NCBI GenBank assembly: GCA_028702495.1
Contig: JAQVOS010000011.1
Span: forward strand, 1-31,925
DNA length: 31,925 bases
Direction: 5' to 3'
Source of the DNA: Bacilli bacterium
GTDB taxonomy: Bacteria > Bacillota_I > Bacilli_A > ML615J-28 > CAG-698
Below, piece after piece: positions 17,772 through 26,278 of this stretch. The notes below the pieces were generated by a model. That model did no database searches. It saw only the letters and a program-made list of their open reading frames with translations, and was not told where the DNA came from. A program made the position numbers and the translations under genes. Positions within the stretch are counted from its first letter, which is position 1, and each line of letters opens with the position of its first letter.

Positions 17772-20048
17772 ATGATGTTTGCAAAAGTCGTTGTCGATAA
17801 TAAATTGCCCCAACTCGATGAAACATTTGATTATATCATTCCACCTTCCCTCGAAGATGTCATCTTCATCGGAAGTCGTGTTTTGGTATCTTTTGGCCTC
17901 CAAAATACGCTAGGATATATCGTTGATATTGTGAGTGAGAGCCCCTATCAGGAAAATGCGAAAGAAATTTTAGAAGTGTTCTCAATGGATAAGGAACTCA
18001 CCGATGAGCAAGTAGGGCTTGCAAAGGAATTAGCAAATGAACTCATCGCTCCTTTGGTCAGTACTTTATCGCTCATGATTCCCTCATTTTTGAAAGAACA
18101 AAAACGCAAAACCTTACATATTGAAAATTATGAATCCTTACATCCTGAACTCGCGCTGTTGTTTCAAGGAAAGAAGAAGATTACGCTCGATAAAACCTTT
18201 GATTCTTATCAAAATCTCATTCGGCAAGAAATTAAAAAAGGGAATTGTTCCCTCGGATATGAATTTTTTAGCTATGGGGCTCGAAAACGAGTGAAGGTCT
18301 ATCAAGCAACTCCAAATGCATCTGCCATAACCTCTTTAGAAAATACCATTTTGAGTTTCTTAAAAGATCATCCCAACACCCTCGAAGAAACCCTCGTTTC
18401 TACCATTCCAACTTCAGTTCGTTACTTAAGAAAAATGGCAAAAGATAAACTCATTAGTTATCAAGAGCAAGTAATGTTGGCTACGAGTGAGACTCCTAGG
18501 GTGATAAATCACCCCCATTTCACTTTTGATCAAACCCAATTGGTGGATAAGTATTTTGAAAGCCACAAAAAACCCTTTTTACTATTCTCTAGCAACGAGC
18601 GCTTTATCGGTGACTTTTATCTAAAAATCATTGAATCCAACTTAAATAACCATCAAACAACCCTTTTCTTTGCTCCTAACATCTTAGGCGTCGAAGAATT
18701 ATCTGCGTTTATACGTGAGCATACTCAAGGGGCAAGATTATACACCTATCATAGCAAAAACAGTTATAGCGATAATTTTGAGGCTTATATGAGCCTTAAA
18801 ACAGAGCAATGTGATATTTTTGTATCAACACCAATGGGAGCCTTTCTTCCCTTCTCTCAAGGTACAACCATCATTGTAACCGACGAAGAATCGGTTGATT
18901 ATTGTTCGGAATTCTTCCCTAATTATGATACCCGCATTGTCCTCAAGAAACGCGCGCAGGCCTTAGGTGGAAAGCTCATTTTTGCTTCAGGTTGTCCCTC
19001 ACTTGATATCTATTATCAAACCATGCAGAATCAGTTGTATTTACTTGATGATCATGAAAAAGTTGTAAATCACGGGCTGATTGTGGATATGAGAGAAGAA
19101 ATGTTAGAAGCAAATGATTCGATGCTATCGCGATCCGTCATCAATGAAATGAGTCTTGCTCTCAAAGAACAAAAAATAACGTATCTTATCGTCAATCAAA
19201 AAGGATTTTCCTCGATGATCCGCTGTCGAAGTTGTGGAACGGTGTTAAAATGTCCCAAATGCAAGATTCCTCTTGCTATTTTTGAACAAAAAGGCATCGC
19301 AAAATGTCATTATTGTGATTATAAGACCGAAGCCTATCATCAATGTTCCTGTGGTTCTCAAGAAATGATTGCGACTGGATTTGGAATTGAACAAGTTGCA
19401 GCGAAAGTTGCCATGACTTTTCCTCAAGCACGAATTTTAACCCTTGCCTTGGATGAACAAAAATCAAGTGAGGATTATAATCAATTCATGAATGCTCTCG
19501 AAGAGAGTACCGTAGACATCGTGATTGGGACAAACGCTTTGACAAAATCACTCCATTATGATAATATAAAAGTAGTCGCATTCTTATATGTGGATAGTTT
19601 TCTCAATATGAATGATCATCGAGGTCGTGAATTCACCTATGATTTGATTTCTAAAGTTGTAACGAGGGATGTTGTCATTGTTCAAACCTATGCTCCAGGT
19701 AATGATGCCATTATATGGGCTCTTACCAATGATTATGAACGTTTTTATAATGATGAAATCAAAAATCGTGAACTGATGAATTATAATCCATATATGGAGA
19801 TCAATCGTATCTTGATTAGTGGTTCCAAAGAAAACTTTCATTTTGGCTACTATTTCCGAAAAGTAGCCTCACATATTCCGGATGTTGTCATTTTAGGACC
19901 TAGTTATGATGCTCGTGCTCGCGCGGTCAAACTTTTAGTCAAACATAATCAATTTGAAACAATTCGAAAAGTATTTAAAGATGCCCAAAAGCGTTTCAAA
20001 GATCCTGATTTAAAAATCAGTTTCCAACGATATCCGAGAGGAATGTGA
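17772..20048 (+). CDS. priA: Primosomal protein N' (PriA homologue) with degenerate helicase ATPase motifs
   Basis: 758 aa. It has a PriA-like N-terminus and the PriA Cys-rich Zn-binding insert (CRSCG…CPKC…CHYCDYK…CSCGS). It occupies the gmk-rpoZ-priA-fmt position. No GxGKT P-loop is visible. The start may be 17775 rather than 17772. Confidence 0.75.
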   Translation: MMFAKVVVDNKLPQLDETFDYIIPPSLEDVIFIGSRVLVSFGLQNTLGYIVDIVSESPYQENAKEILEVFSMDKELTDEQVGLAKELANELIAPLVSTLSLMIPSFLKEQKRKTLHIENYESLHPELALLFQGKKKITLDKTFDSYQNLIRQEIKKGNCSLGYEFFSYGARKRVKVYQATPNASAITSLENTILSFLKDHPNTLEETLVSTIPTSVRYLRKMAKDKLISYQEQVMLATSETPRVINHPHFTFDQTQLVDKYFESHKKPFLLFSSNERFIGDFYLKIIESNLNNHQTTLFFAPNILGVEELSAFIREHTQGARLYTYHSKNSYSDNFEAYMSLKTEQCDIFVSTPMGAFLPFSQGTTIIVTDEESVDYCSEFFPNYDTRIVLKKRAQALGGKLIFASGCPSLDIYYQTMQNQLYLLDDHEKVVNHGLIVDMREEMLEANDSMLSRSVINEMSLALKEQKITYLIVNQKGFSSMIRCRSCGTVLKCPKCKIPLAIFEQKGIAKCHYCDYKTEAYHQCSCGSQEMIATGFGIEQVAAKVAMTFPQARILTLALDEQKSSEDYNQFMNALEESTVDIVIGTNALTKSLHYDNIKVVAFLYVDSFLNMNDHRGREFTYDLISKVVTRDVVIVQTYAPGNDAIIWALTNDYERFYNDEIKNRELMNYNPYMEINRILISGSKENFHFGYYFRKVASHIPDVVILGPSYDARARAVKLLVKHNQFETIRKVFKDAQKRFKDPDLKISFQRYPRGM

Positions 20049-20052
20049 TGTC

Positions 20053-20985
20053 ATGAAAATTATTTTTATGGGGACGCCTGAATTTGGTGCCCATATCTTG
20101 AAAAAAATTCACGAACAACACGATGTTGTATTGGTCGTTACGCAACCTGATAAAAAAGTGGGTCGAAAACAAGTCTTGACACCTAGTCCTGTAAAACAAC
20201 TAGCCCAAGAGTTAGAAATTCCCATCTTTCAACCCGACAAAATTGCCAAAGATGAAGAACCAATACTAAATACGCCTTGTGATCTCATTGTGACTGCAGC
20301 ATATGGTCAGTTTATTGCCTCAAGAGTATTAAATCATCCTCGCTTTCGTTCCATCAATGTTCATGGCTCTCTCCTCCCAAAGTATCGCGGAGGAGCTCCC
20401 ATACAACGAGCTTTGATGAATGGGGAAAAAGAGACGGGTGTCACCATCATATATATGGAGAAGAAAATGGATTCGGGAGCGATTCTAGCCCAAGAAGCCA
20501 TCCCCATTCTTCCTGAGGATAATGCGAAAACTTTGTTTCACAAATTAGCTCTCTTAGGAAGTTCTATGATTCTTTCGGTGATAGATGCCCTAGAAGCCGG
20601 AACCACCATCCCGATTCCTCAAACTGAAGAAGAGGTGACCTTTGCTTATAACCTTACAAAAGAAGATGAAGTCATTGCTTTTGAAGAGTCTGCAACCTGT
20701 TTATGTAATCGCATGCGTGGGTTGTGCAGTGAACCTGGTGCCTATTTTACACTAGATGGCATCGTTTATAAAGTGTATGGAGGCGTTACTTCCTCCAATC
20801 CTAGTAATGCGCTTCCTGGTACCATTATTGAAGTGACCAAAGACACTTTTACCATTGCTTGTGGAAAAGGAAGTGCCCTAACCTTCAGTGAAATCAAACC
20901 TGAAGGCCGCCCCCTCATGACGGTTAACGCCTTTTTAAATGGAAAGGGTAAAAATATAATCGTAAAAAACAGGAGAATACAATGA
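20053..20985 (+). CDS. fmt: Methionyl-tRNA formyltransferase
   Basis: 310 aa. MKIIFMGTPEF at the N-terminus and an SLLPKYRGGAPIQRA motif. Confidence 0.9.
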   Translation: MKIIFMGTPEFGAHILKKIHEQHDVVLVVTQPDKKVGRKQVLTPSPVKQLAQELEIPIFQPDKIAKDEEPILNTPCDLIVTAAYGQFIASRVLNHPRFRSINVHGSLLPKYRGGAPIQRALMNGEKETGVTIIYMEKKMDSGAILAQEAIPILPEDNAKTLFHKLALLGSSMILSVIDALEAGTTIPIPQTEEEVTFAYNLTKEDEVIAFEESATCLCNRMRGLCSEPGAYFTLDGIVYKVYGGVTSSNPSNALPGTIIEVTKDTFTIACGKGSALTFSEIKPEGRPLMTVNAFLNGKGKNIIVKNRRIQ

Positions 20986-21536
20986 AAACCAAAATTTATT
21001 TTTCAAGAGAAGAAATGTTTCAATTAAATCGCGACCGTCTTTTAGAGCGTGGGGTCACCATTCAATCGATTGCTGAAATATCATTCAAGCAACAATCACG
21101 CTACAATGACAATGTATCGATGCGTACTTGCATCGAAAGTGTTGAAAAAATCCTTACCCTTCGTGACATCTTTCACATCATTCAATTAGGCATTGAAATC
21201 GACTGCTTAACTGAAAAGGGATTGTTTCGTTCCCCCATTCAAGAAATCATGCAAGCAGATCTTGGCATGTTTGGTGTGGATGAAGTGATTGGTCTTGCTG
21301 TTGCTTCAAATTATGGAACCATCGGTCAAACCAATTTTGGTGACATTGATGTCAATAAGCCAGGGATTGTAAAAGAACTGAATGATGCAGGTAAAGACGG
21401 AAAAATTTGTCACACCTTCCTCGATGACATTGTTGGTGCCATTGCTGCAGCGGCATCCACTCGTGTTGCCCAAATTTTGAGTGAAAATGAAGCGGCTAAA
21501 GATCCCCATTATACCAATATTAAATTAGACTTATAA
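20982..21536 (+). CDS. Hypothetical protein, possibly HutP-like; assignment uncertain
   Basis: 184 aa. The start overlaps the fmt stop as ATGA. The segment …AVASNYGTIGQTNFGDID… resembles the B. subtilis HutP C-terminus (…AVSLYGTIGAPIKGLEHETFG…). Confidence 0.35.
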   Translation: MKTKIYFSREEMFQLNRDRLLERGVTIQSIAEISFKQQSRYNDNVSMRTCIESVEKILTLRDIFHIIQLGIEIDCLTEKGLFRSPIQEIMQADLGMFGVDEVIGLAVASNYGTIGQTNFGDIDVNKPGIVKELNDAGKDGKICHTFLDDIVGAIAAAASTRVAQILSENEAAKDPHYTNIKLDL

Positions 21537-21541
21537 TCTAT

Positions 21542-21573
21542 AAAAGCATCTTGAGAATCTCAAGATGCTTTTA
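21542..21573 (+). terminator. Strong hairpin terminator (AAAAGCATCTTGAGA / TCTCAAGATGCTTTT)
   Basis: 15-bp near-perfect inverted repeat running into TTTT. Confidence 0.7.
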
Positions 21574-21633
21574 TAAGTTAAAACACTTGTATTGTATTTA
21601 AGAATATGATAAAATAAAAATTGAGGTGATATC

Positions 21634-22653
21634 ATGCAAAGAGAATTATCTGTGGGTCCATTACTCAATCGTTATGGAAATCTAAACGAAGCTGGCTATG
21701 CCACTGAATTGGTCAAAGAATATAATCGCAAACATATCAAAGCTCCAAAAGGTCGAATCAAAGAATGGGATTATTATTATGTTGGTACTCCCCATTATGG
21801 AGTGGCCCTTACCATTGCTGATAATTCTTATATGGGTCTCTTAAGTGTAACCTTTCTTGATTTTGTGAAAGGTCAAGAAACCACTAAAAGCGTGATGCTG
21901 TGGTTTACATGGGGAAAGCTCCACTTACCATCGACCTCGAAATCAGGAAATGTGATAGTCAATCACAAAGACATGCGCATCGCTTTTATGAATGATGGAT
22001 TGAAACGTATCCTCCAATGTGAGATCCCTGATTTTTCCAAGGGAACGCCATTTTCATGCCACATTGAATTATCGAATCCATCCAAGGATTCCATGGTGAT
22101 TGCAACCCCTTTCCCCAAAGCCAAGCATTTTTATTATAATCAAAAAATCAATTGTCTTGAAGGAGCAGGATGGGTAAAAGTCGGTGATTCGAACTATGAT
22201 TTTGCCAGTTCCTTGGGTGTACTCGATTGGGGACGAGGAGTTTGGACTTATCGCAATACGTGGTATTGGTCAAGTCTTTCCGTGCGATTGGGTGAAGATT
22301 TTGTCGGATTCAATCTTGGATATGGCTTTGGTGACACCAGTGCTGCTTCTGAAAATATGCTTTTCCTCAATGGGCAAGCAACTAAAATTGATGAAGTCCG
22401 CTTTAAAATTCCAACGAATGACAAAGGTGAAGATGATTATTTATCACCTTGGACGATAACCGATAGTGATGGATTGGTTAATTTGACTTTTGAACCCATT
22501 CTAGATCGCCATTCCAATACATCCGCCCTCGTTATTGCTTCAAATCAACATCAAGTATTTGGCAAATTCAGTGGAACTTTAAACTGTCAAGAAAAAGTCA
22601 TCCACCTAAAAGATGCTTTAGGGTTTGCTGAAAAAGTCATGAATAAATGGTAA
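21634..22653 (+). CDS. Hypothetical protein, DUF2804-like
   Basis: 339 aa. It has a GAGGTGA RBS and no signal peptide. KEWDYYYV and NQKINC motifs are recalled from DUF2804 proteins. This rests on memory only. Confidence 0.5.
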   Translation: MQRELSVGPLLNRYGNLNEAGYATELVKEYNRKHIKAPKGRIKEWDYYYVGTPHYGVALTIADNSYMGLLSVTFLDFVKGQETTKSVMLWFTWGKLHLPSTSKSGNVIVNHKDMRIAFMNDGLKRILQCEIPDFSKGTPFSCHIELSNPSKDSMVIATPFPKAKHFYYNQKINCLEGAGWVKVGDSNYDFASSLGVLDWGRGVWTYRNTWYWSSLSVRLGEDFVGFNLGYGFGDTSAASENMLFLNGQATKIDEVRFKIPTNDKGEDDYLSPWTITDSDGLVNLTFEPILDRHSNTSALVIASNQHQVFGKFSGTLNCQEKVIHLKDALGFAEKVMNKW

Positions 22654-22657
22654 ACAA

Positions 22658-23391
22658 ATGAAAGCAATCGATTGGAATCCGTGGCATGGATGCCATAAAA
22701 AAAGCGAAGGATGTCTCAATTGTTATGTCTATCGTCATGATTCTCGCTATGAAAAAGATGCCAGTCTAGTCGTACAAAATAAAGATTTTCGCAAGCCTCT
22801 TCAAAAAATGAAAAATGGTTCCTATAAATATCCCAGTAAAACGCTCTTTTATACTTGCTTTACTTCTGATTTTTTAGTAGAAGATGCAGATGAGTGGCGT
22901 GAAGAAGTTTGGAATATGATTCGTGAGCGTAGTGATTGTCATTTCTTGTTTCTTACCAAGCGTATTGAACGCTTATCATCCCATCTGCCTTCTGATTGGG
23001 GTGACGGGTGGGACCATGTATCAATTGGGTGTACATGCGAAAATCAAAACCGTGCAGATGAGCGACTTCCAATCTTTCTTTCCTCCCCCATCAAACATCG
23101 CTTTATAATTTGTGAGCCACTCCTCGCGGCTATTGATTTAGAAAAATACTTGTCAAAAAAATCAATCGCATTGTCGTTGGGGGTGAATCGGGAAATGAAG
23201 CCCGAATCTGTCATTTTGATTGGATTATTTCTCTTTATTGCCAAGCAAAACGGCAAAAAGTAGCTTTTACTTATAAACAAACAGGAGCTAGACTTGAAAA
23301 AAATGGAATTCTTTATCGAATTCCTCGCCCTCTACAGCATCCACTAGCGATAAAAGCAATTCAAAGTCTAAAGAAAATCCAGATTGATTAA
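22658..23391 (+). pseudogene. Gp37/Gp68-family (DUF5131) gene interrupted by a -1 frameshift at an A7 tract
   Basis: The N-terminus (MKAIDWNPWHGCHKKSEGCLNCYVY…) is the family signature. The 0-frame stops at 23263, giving 201 aa. The -1 frame entered at A7 (23155-23161) runs without a stop to 23391 and encodes the conserved C-terminus (…VVGGESGNEARICHFDWIISLYCQAKRQKVAFTYKQTG…). Confidence 0.6.
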
Positions 23392-23405
23392 CAATCTGGA
23401 TTTTT
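23375..23405. terminator. Bidirectional terminator between the DUF5131 gene and the converging lipoprotein gene
   Basis: AAAATCCAGATTG-ATTAA-CAATCTGGATTTT, a perfect 13-bp stem. Confidence 0.7.
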
Positions 23406-23937
23406 AGTTCCACTTAGCATAGAGTTTTATGGCTCCTGTCGTTGTCACAGGAAGGTTAGTTAGGGCACTACTTGAATAGTCGCTTGCGGTATACCATCCT
23501 CCAAAAGTATATCCCGTTTTTGTGGGTGTAGGAAGGCTTAGAGGAAGATGACTCATTTTATAGGTTGTTGGAGCATTGATATGAATGGCTCCTCCATTGA
23601 GTACATAGGTTATACTATAAGGAATATCTTCATTTACAACGTGGATAAAGAGATAGACTTTTAAAGATGGATCCTCTGCAAGCGACAAAATCACCATCGT
23701 CGTTCCTTCTTTGATACCTGTCAGTGTGAGGCCACTAGTAGATACAATCGAAGAATCACTATAGGATAAGGTGAACCCCCCTTGGTAAAAGGTGGTAATG
23801 GGTACAAGGGTAATGCTTTCATCAAGGCCAATCGTATAATCAGTCTCTTCTATAGTTAGGGTTGGAATAGTATCTTTTTGACACCCCGTTAATCCTATGA
23901 TTAAGCTAATCAACAGTAAAATAATTCCCTTTTTCAT
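23404..23937 (-). CDS. Small surface lipoprotein with an Ig-like (Big_2-type) domain and a C-terminal Listeria/Bacteroides-type repeat
   Basis: 177 aa. A lipobox (LLISLIIGLTGC) is present. The C-terminus (…TGYTFGGWYT…AKW) matches the InlB B-repeat / Flg_new pattern. Confidence 0.55.
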   Translation of the reverse strand: MKKGIILLLISLIIGLTGCQKDTIPTLTIEETDYTIGLDESITLVPITTFYQGGFTLSYSDSSIVSTSGLTLTGIKEGTTMVILSLAEDPSLKVYLFIHVVNEDIPYSITYVLNGGAIHINAPTTYKMSHLPLSLPTPTKTGYTFGGWYTASDYSSSALTNLPVTTTGAIKLYAKWN

Positions 23938-24106
23938 AATCGTTCCTCAAATAGTAGTATAACATAAAATGTAACAACTGTAAAGAAACAACACGACTAA
24001 AAAAAGGAGAAACTTTTGAATAGGTCTTTACATTTAGAAGTAATTATCTTATAATAATGCTTGTCATCATATGTACAGTAATTTATATAGTAAAGGAGGA
24101 TTACAC

Positions 24107-24706
24107 ATGGCAAATTGGTGGAATAACTTATCCGCTTTTGGGCAAACAACCTTTGCGATTGGCGTGGCAGCCACATTCGTGATGATTGTTTTCTTGGTGC
24201 TCATGCTATTTGGCATTGAAGATGGTCACTCATTTGATGGAGGAGCCGATGACCCCTCAGACATGGACGATATTGCAAATGATGAACCACTTGGCCAATT
24301 TAGTGGTCTTCGTGTTTTAACATTAAGAGGTGCACTCGCATTTCTTGGAATTGGAGGATTTGCCGCGTTTTATTTTGAAGATAAAACTGGTCCTATATGG
24401 GCAACCGTTATTGGTGTCATCTTGGGAGCAATCGCTGCCGTCTTACTCGCCTATGCATTTCGTGCATCCCTAAAATTAGAATCCGAAGGGAATTTGGATT
24501 ATAAAAATGCCATCGGTGCGACTGCGACAGTCTATTTACGGATTCCCCCCAAACGAAGCGGCAAAGGAAAGGTCACTTTGACCCTTCAAGAGCGTTTCAT
24601 TGAAACGGAAGCCATCACTGATGAAGATGAAATTCCAAATAAAAGCATCGTTGAAGTCATTGGAGTCATCGACGAAACCACGCTCATCGTAAAAATAAAG
24701 AAATAA
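24107..24706 (+). CDS. NfeD-like membrane protein (YuaF-type flotillin partner)
   Basis: 199 aa from MANWWN…. A GGAGG RBS lies 8 nt upstream. It has two or three TM helices and a C-terminal OB-fold-like soluble domain, and sits directly upstream of flotillin. Confidence 0.65.
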   Translation: MANWWNNLSAFGQTTFAIGVAATFVMIVFLVLMLFGIEDGHSFDGGADDPSDMDDIANDEPLGQFSGLRVLTLRGALAFLGIGGFAAFYFEDKTGPIWATVIGVILGAIAAVLLAYAFRASLKLESEGNLDYKNAIGATATVYLRIPPKRSGKGKVTLTLQERFIETEAITDEDEIPNKSIVEVIGVIDETTLIVKIKK

Positions 24707-24716
24707 GGAGAAAACT

Positions 24717-26156
24717 ATGAATCATTTCGTTTTTTTAGCAAGCAATAACCCAGGCCTTGTGGGCCTTGTTGTTATCATTATTATTATTTTATTTACTGTT
24801 CTTGTTTTTATCGTTTCACGGATTAAGAAATGTCCTTCCGATAAAATCCTCGTTGTTTATGGAAAAGTCGGGAAAAATCCTGATGGAAGCAATCGTTCTG
24901 CCACTTGTATTCATGGAGGTGCAAAATTTGTATATCCGTTTATCCAAGCCTATCAATTCTTGGATTTAACTCCCATCTCTATTAGTGTTGATTTAACCAA
25001 CACACTATCACGACAGAACATTCGTATTGATGTTCCTTCCCGTTTCACCGTTGGTATTTCAACCGAAACAGGCATCATGCAAAATGCTGCTGAGCGTCTT
25101 CTTGGCTTATCATCCATTGAAATTCAAGAACTCGCTAAAGATATCATTTTTGGTCAATTACGTCTTATTATTGCCACCATGGATATTGAGGAAATCAATA
25201 CCAATCGTGACAAATTCCTAGATGCCGTTTCTGATAACGTTGAGACTGAACTTAAGAAAATCGGATTGCGCTTAATCAATGTAAACGTCACCGATATTAA
25301 TGATGAATCAGGATATATTGAAGCTCTTGGAAAAGAAGCAGCTGCCAAAGCCATCAACGATGCAAAAAGAACCGTCGCTGAAAAAAACCGTGATGGTTCG
25401 ATTGGTGAGGCCAATGCACATCGTGATCAACGGGTACAAGTCGCTGAAGCCAATGCAACAGCTGTTGCTGGTGAAAACGAATCCTTAGGAAAAATCTCTC
25501 AGACCAATGCTACTCGTCGTGAAATTGAAGCTGAATCCCTCCGTCGGGCAATGACTGCTGAAAAGATTGCCCAAGCCAAAGCGTTAGAAGATGCATACAC
25601 CGCTGAACAAACTGCGGAATTAGCTAGAGCTGCCCGTGAAAAAGCAACCCTTGAAGCGGATGTCATCGTTAAATCCGAAATTGAGAAACAAAAACGCGTA
25701 ATTGAAGCCGAAGCTATTGCTGAAGAAACTCGTCGGAAAGCAAAAGGAGAAGCCGATGGACTCTATGCAAAACTTGAAGCGCAAGCTCGTGGTACCTTCG
25801 AAGTTTTAAGCAAACAATCTGAAGGTTTTATGCAACTTGTAAAAGCAGCTGGGGGAAATCCTGATGCTGCGATTAAGATGCTCATTGCTGACAAACTTGA
25901 AGATTTAGTGAAGATTCAAGTGGAAGCCATTAAGAATCTCAAATTTGATAAGATTACTGTTTGGGACAATGGTACAAGTGATGGAACTTCCAAAACTGCC
26001 AACTTTGCATCTTCCCTTTTAAAATCAATCCCACCGATGCAAGATCTCTTTAATATGGCTGGAATGGATCTTCCTAAATATTTAGGAGAAGCCCAAGAGG
26101 AACCCAAGAAAGTTGAAGAAAAACCTGCCAAAGTAGAAGAAAAACCTAAAAAATAA
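24717..26156 (+). CDS. floT: Flotillin (SPFH/band-7 family, FloT-like)
   Basis: 479 aa. An N-terminal TM helix is followed by an SPFH domain and a long Ala/Glu-rich coiled coil (EA repeats). Confidence 0.85.
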   Translation: MNHFVFLASNNPGLVGLVVIIIIILFTVLVFIVSRIKKCPSDKILVVYGKVGKNPDGSNRSATCIHGGAKFVYPFIQAYQFLDLTPISISVDLTNTLSRQNIRIDVPSRFTVGISTETGIMQNAAERLLGLSSIEIQELAKDIIFGQLRLIIATMDIEEINTNRDKFLDAVSDNVETELKKIGLRLINVNVTDINDESGYIEALGKEAAAKAINDAKRTVAEKNRDGSIGEANAHRDQRVQVAEANATAVAGENESLGKISQTNATRREIEAESLRRAMTAEKIAQAKALEDAYTAEQTAELARAAREKATLEADVIVKSEIEKQKRVIEAEAIAEETRRKAKGEADGLYAKLEAQARGTFEVLSKQSEGFMQLVKAAGGNPDAAIKMLIADKLEDLVKIQVEAIKNLKFDKITVWDNGTSDGTSKTANFASSLLKSIPPMQDLFNMAGMDLPKYLGEAQEEPKKVEEKPAKVEEKPKK

Positions 26157-26160
26157 TACT

Positions 26161-26196
26161 GAGCCTTCAAGAAGTAATTCTTGAAGGCTATTTTTT
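26161..26196 (+). terminator. Rho-independent terminator after flotillin
   Basis: AGCCTTCAAGAA-GTAA-TTCTTGAAGGCT followed by ATTTTTTT. Confidence 0.75.
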
Positions 26197-26278
26197 TAGA
26201 ATCCCTTTCTTTGATTGAACCTTCCTTGAAAAATGAAGCAATATATGGTAGTATAATAGTACAAAAGGTGGGAGTACG

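Noticed and set aside
19245-19841. Minus-strand ORFs of 60-85 aa inside priA
   Set aside because: They are antisense shadow ORFs with low-complexity I/F/N-rich translations.
26200-26278. Possible cre (catabolite-responsive element) or GlpP-type antiterminator leader upstream of glpK
   Set aside because: The closest candidate (TGAAAAATGAAGCA) lacks the central CG of the cre consensus. The leader is too short (about 30-40 nt) and lacks a terminator-antiterminator pair.
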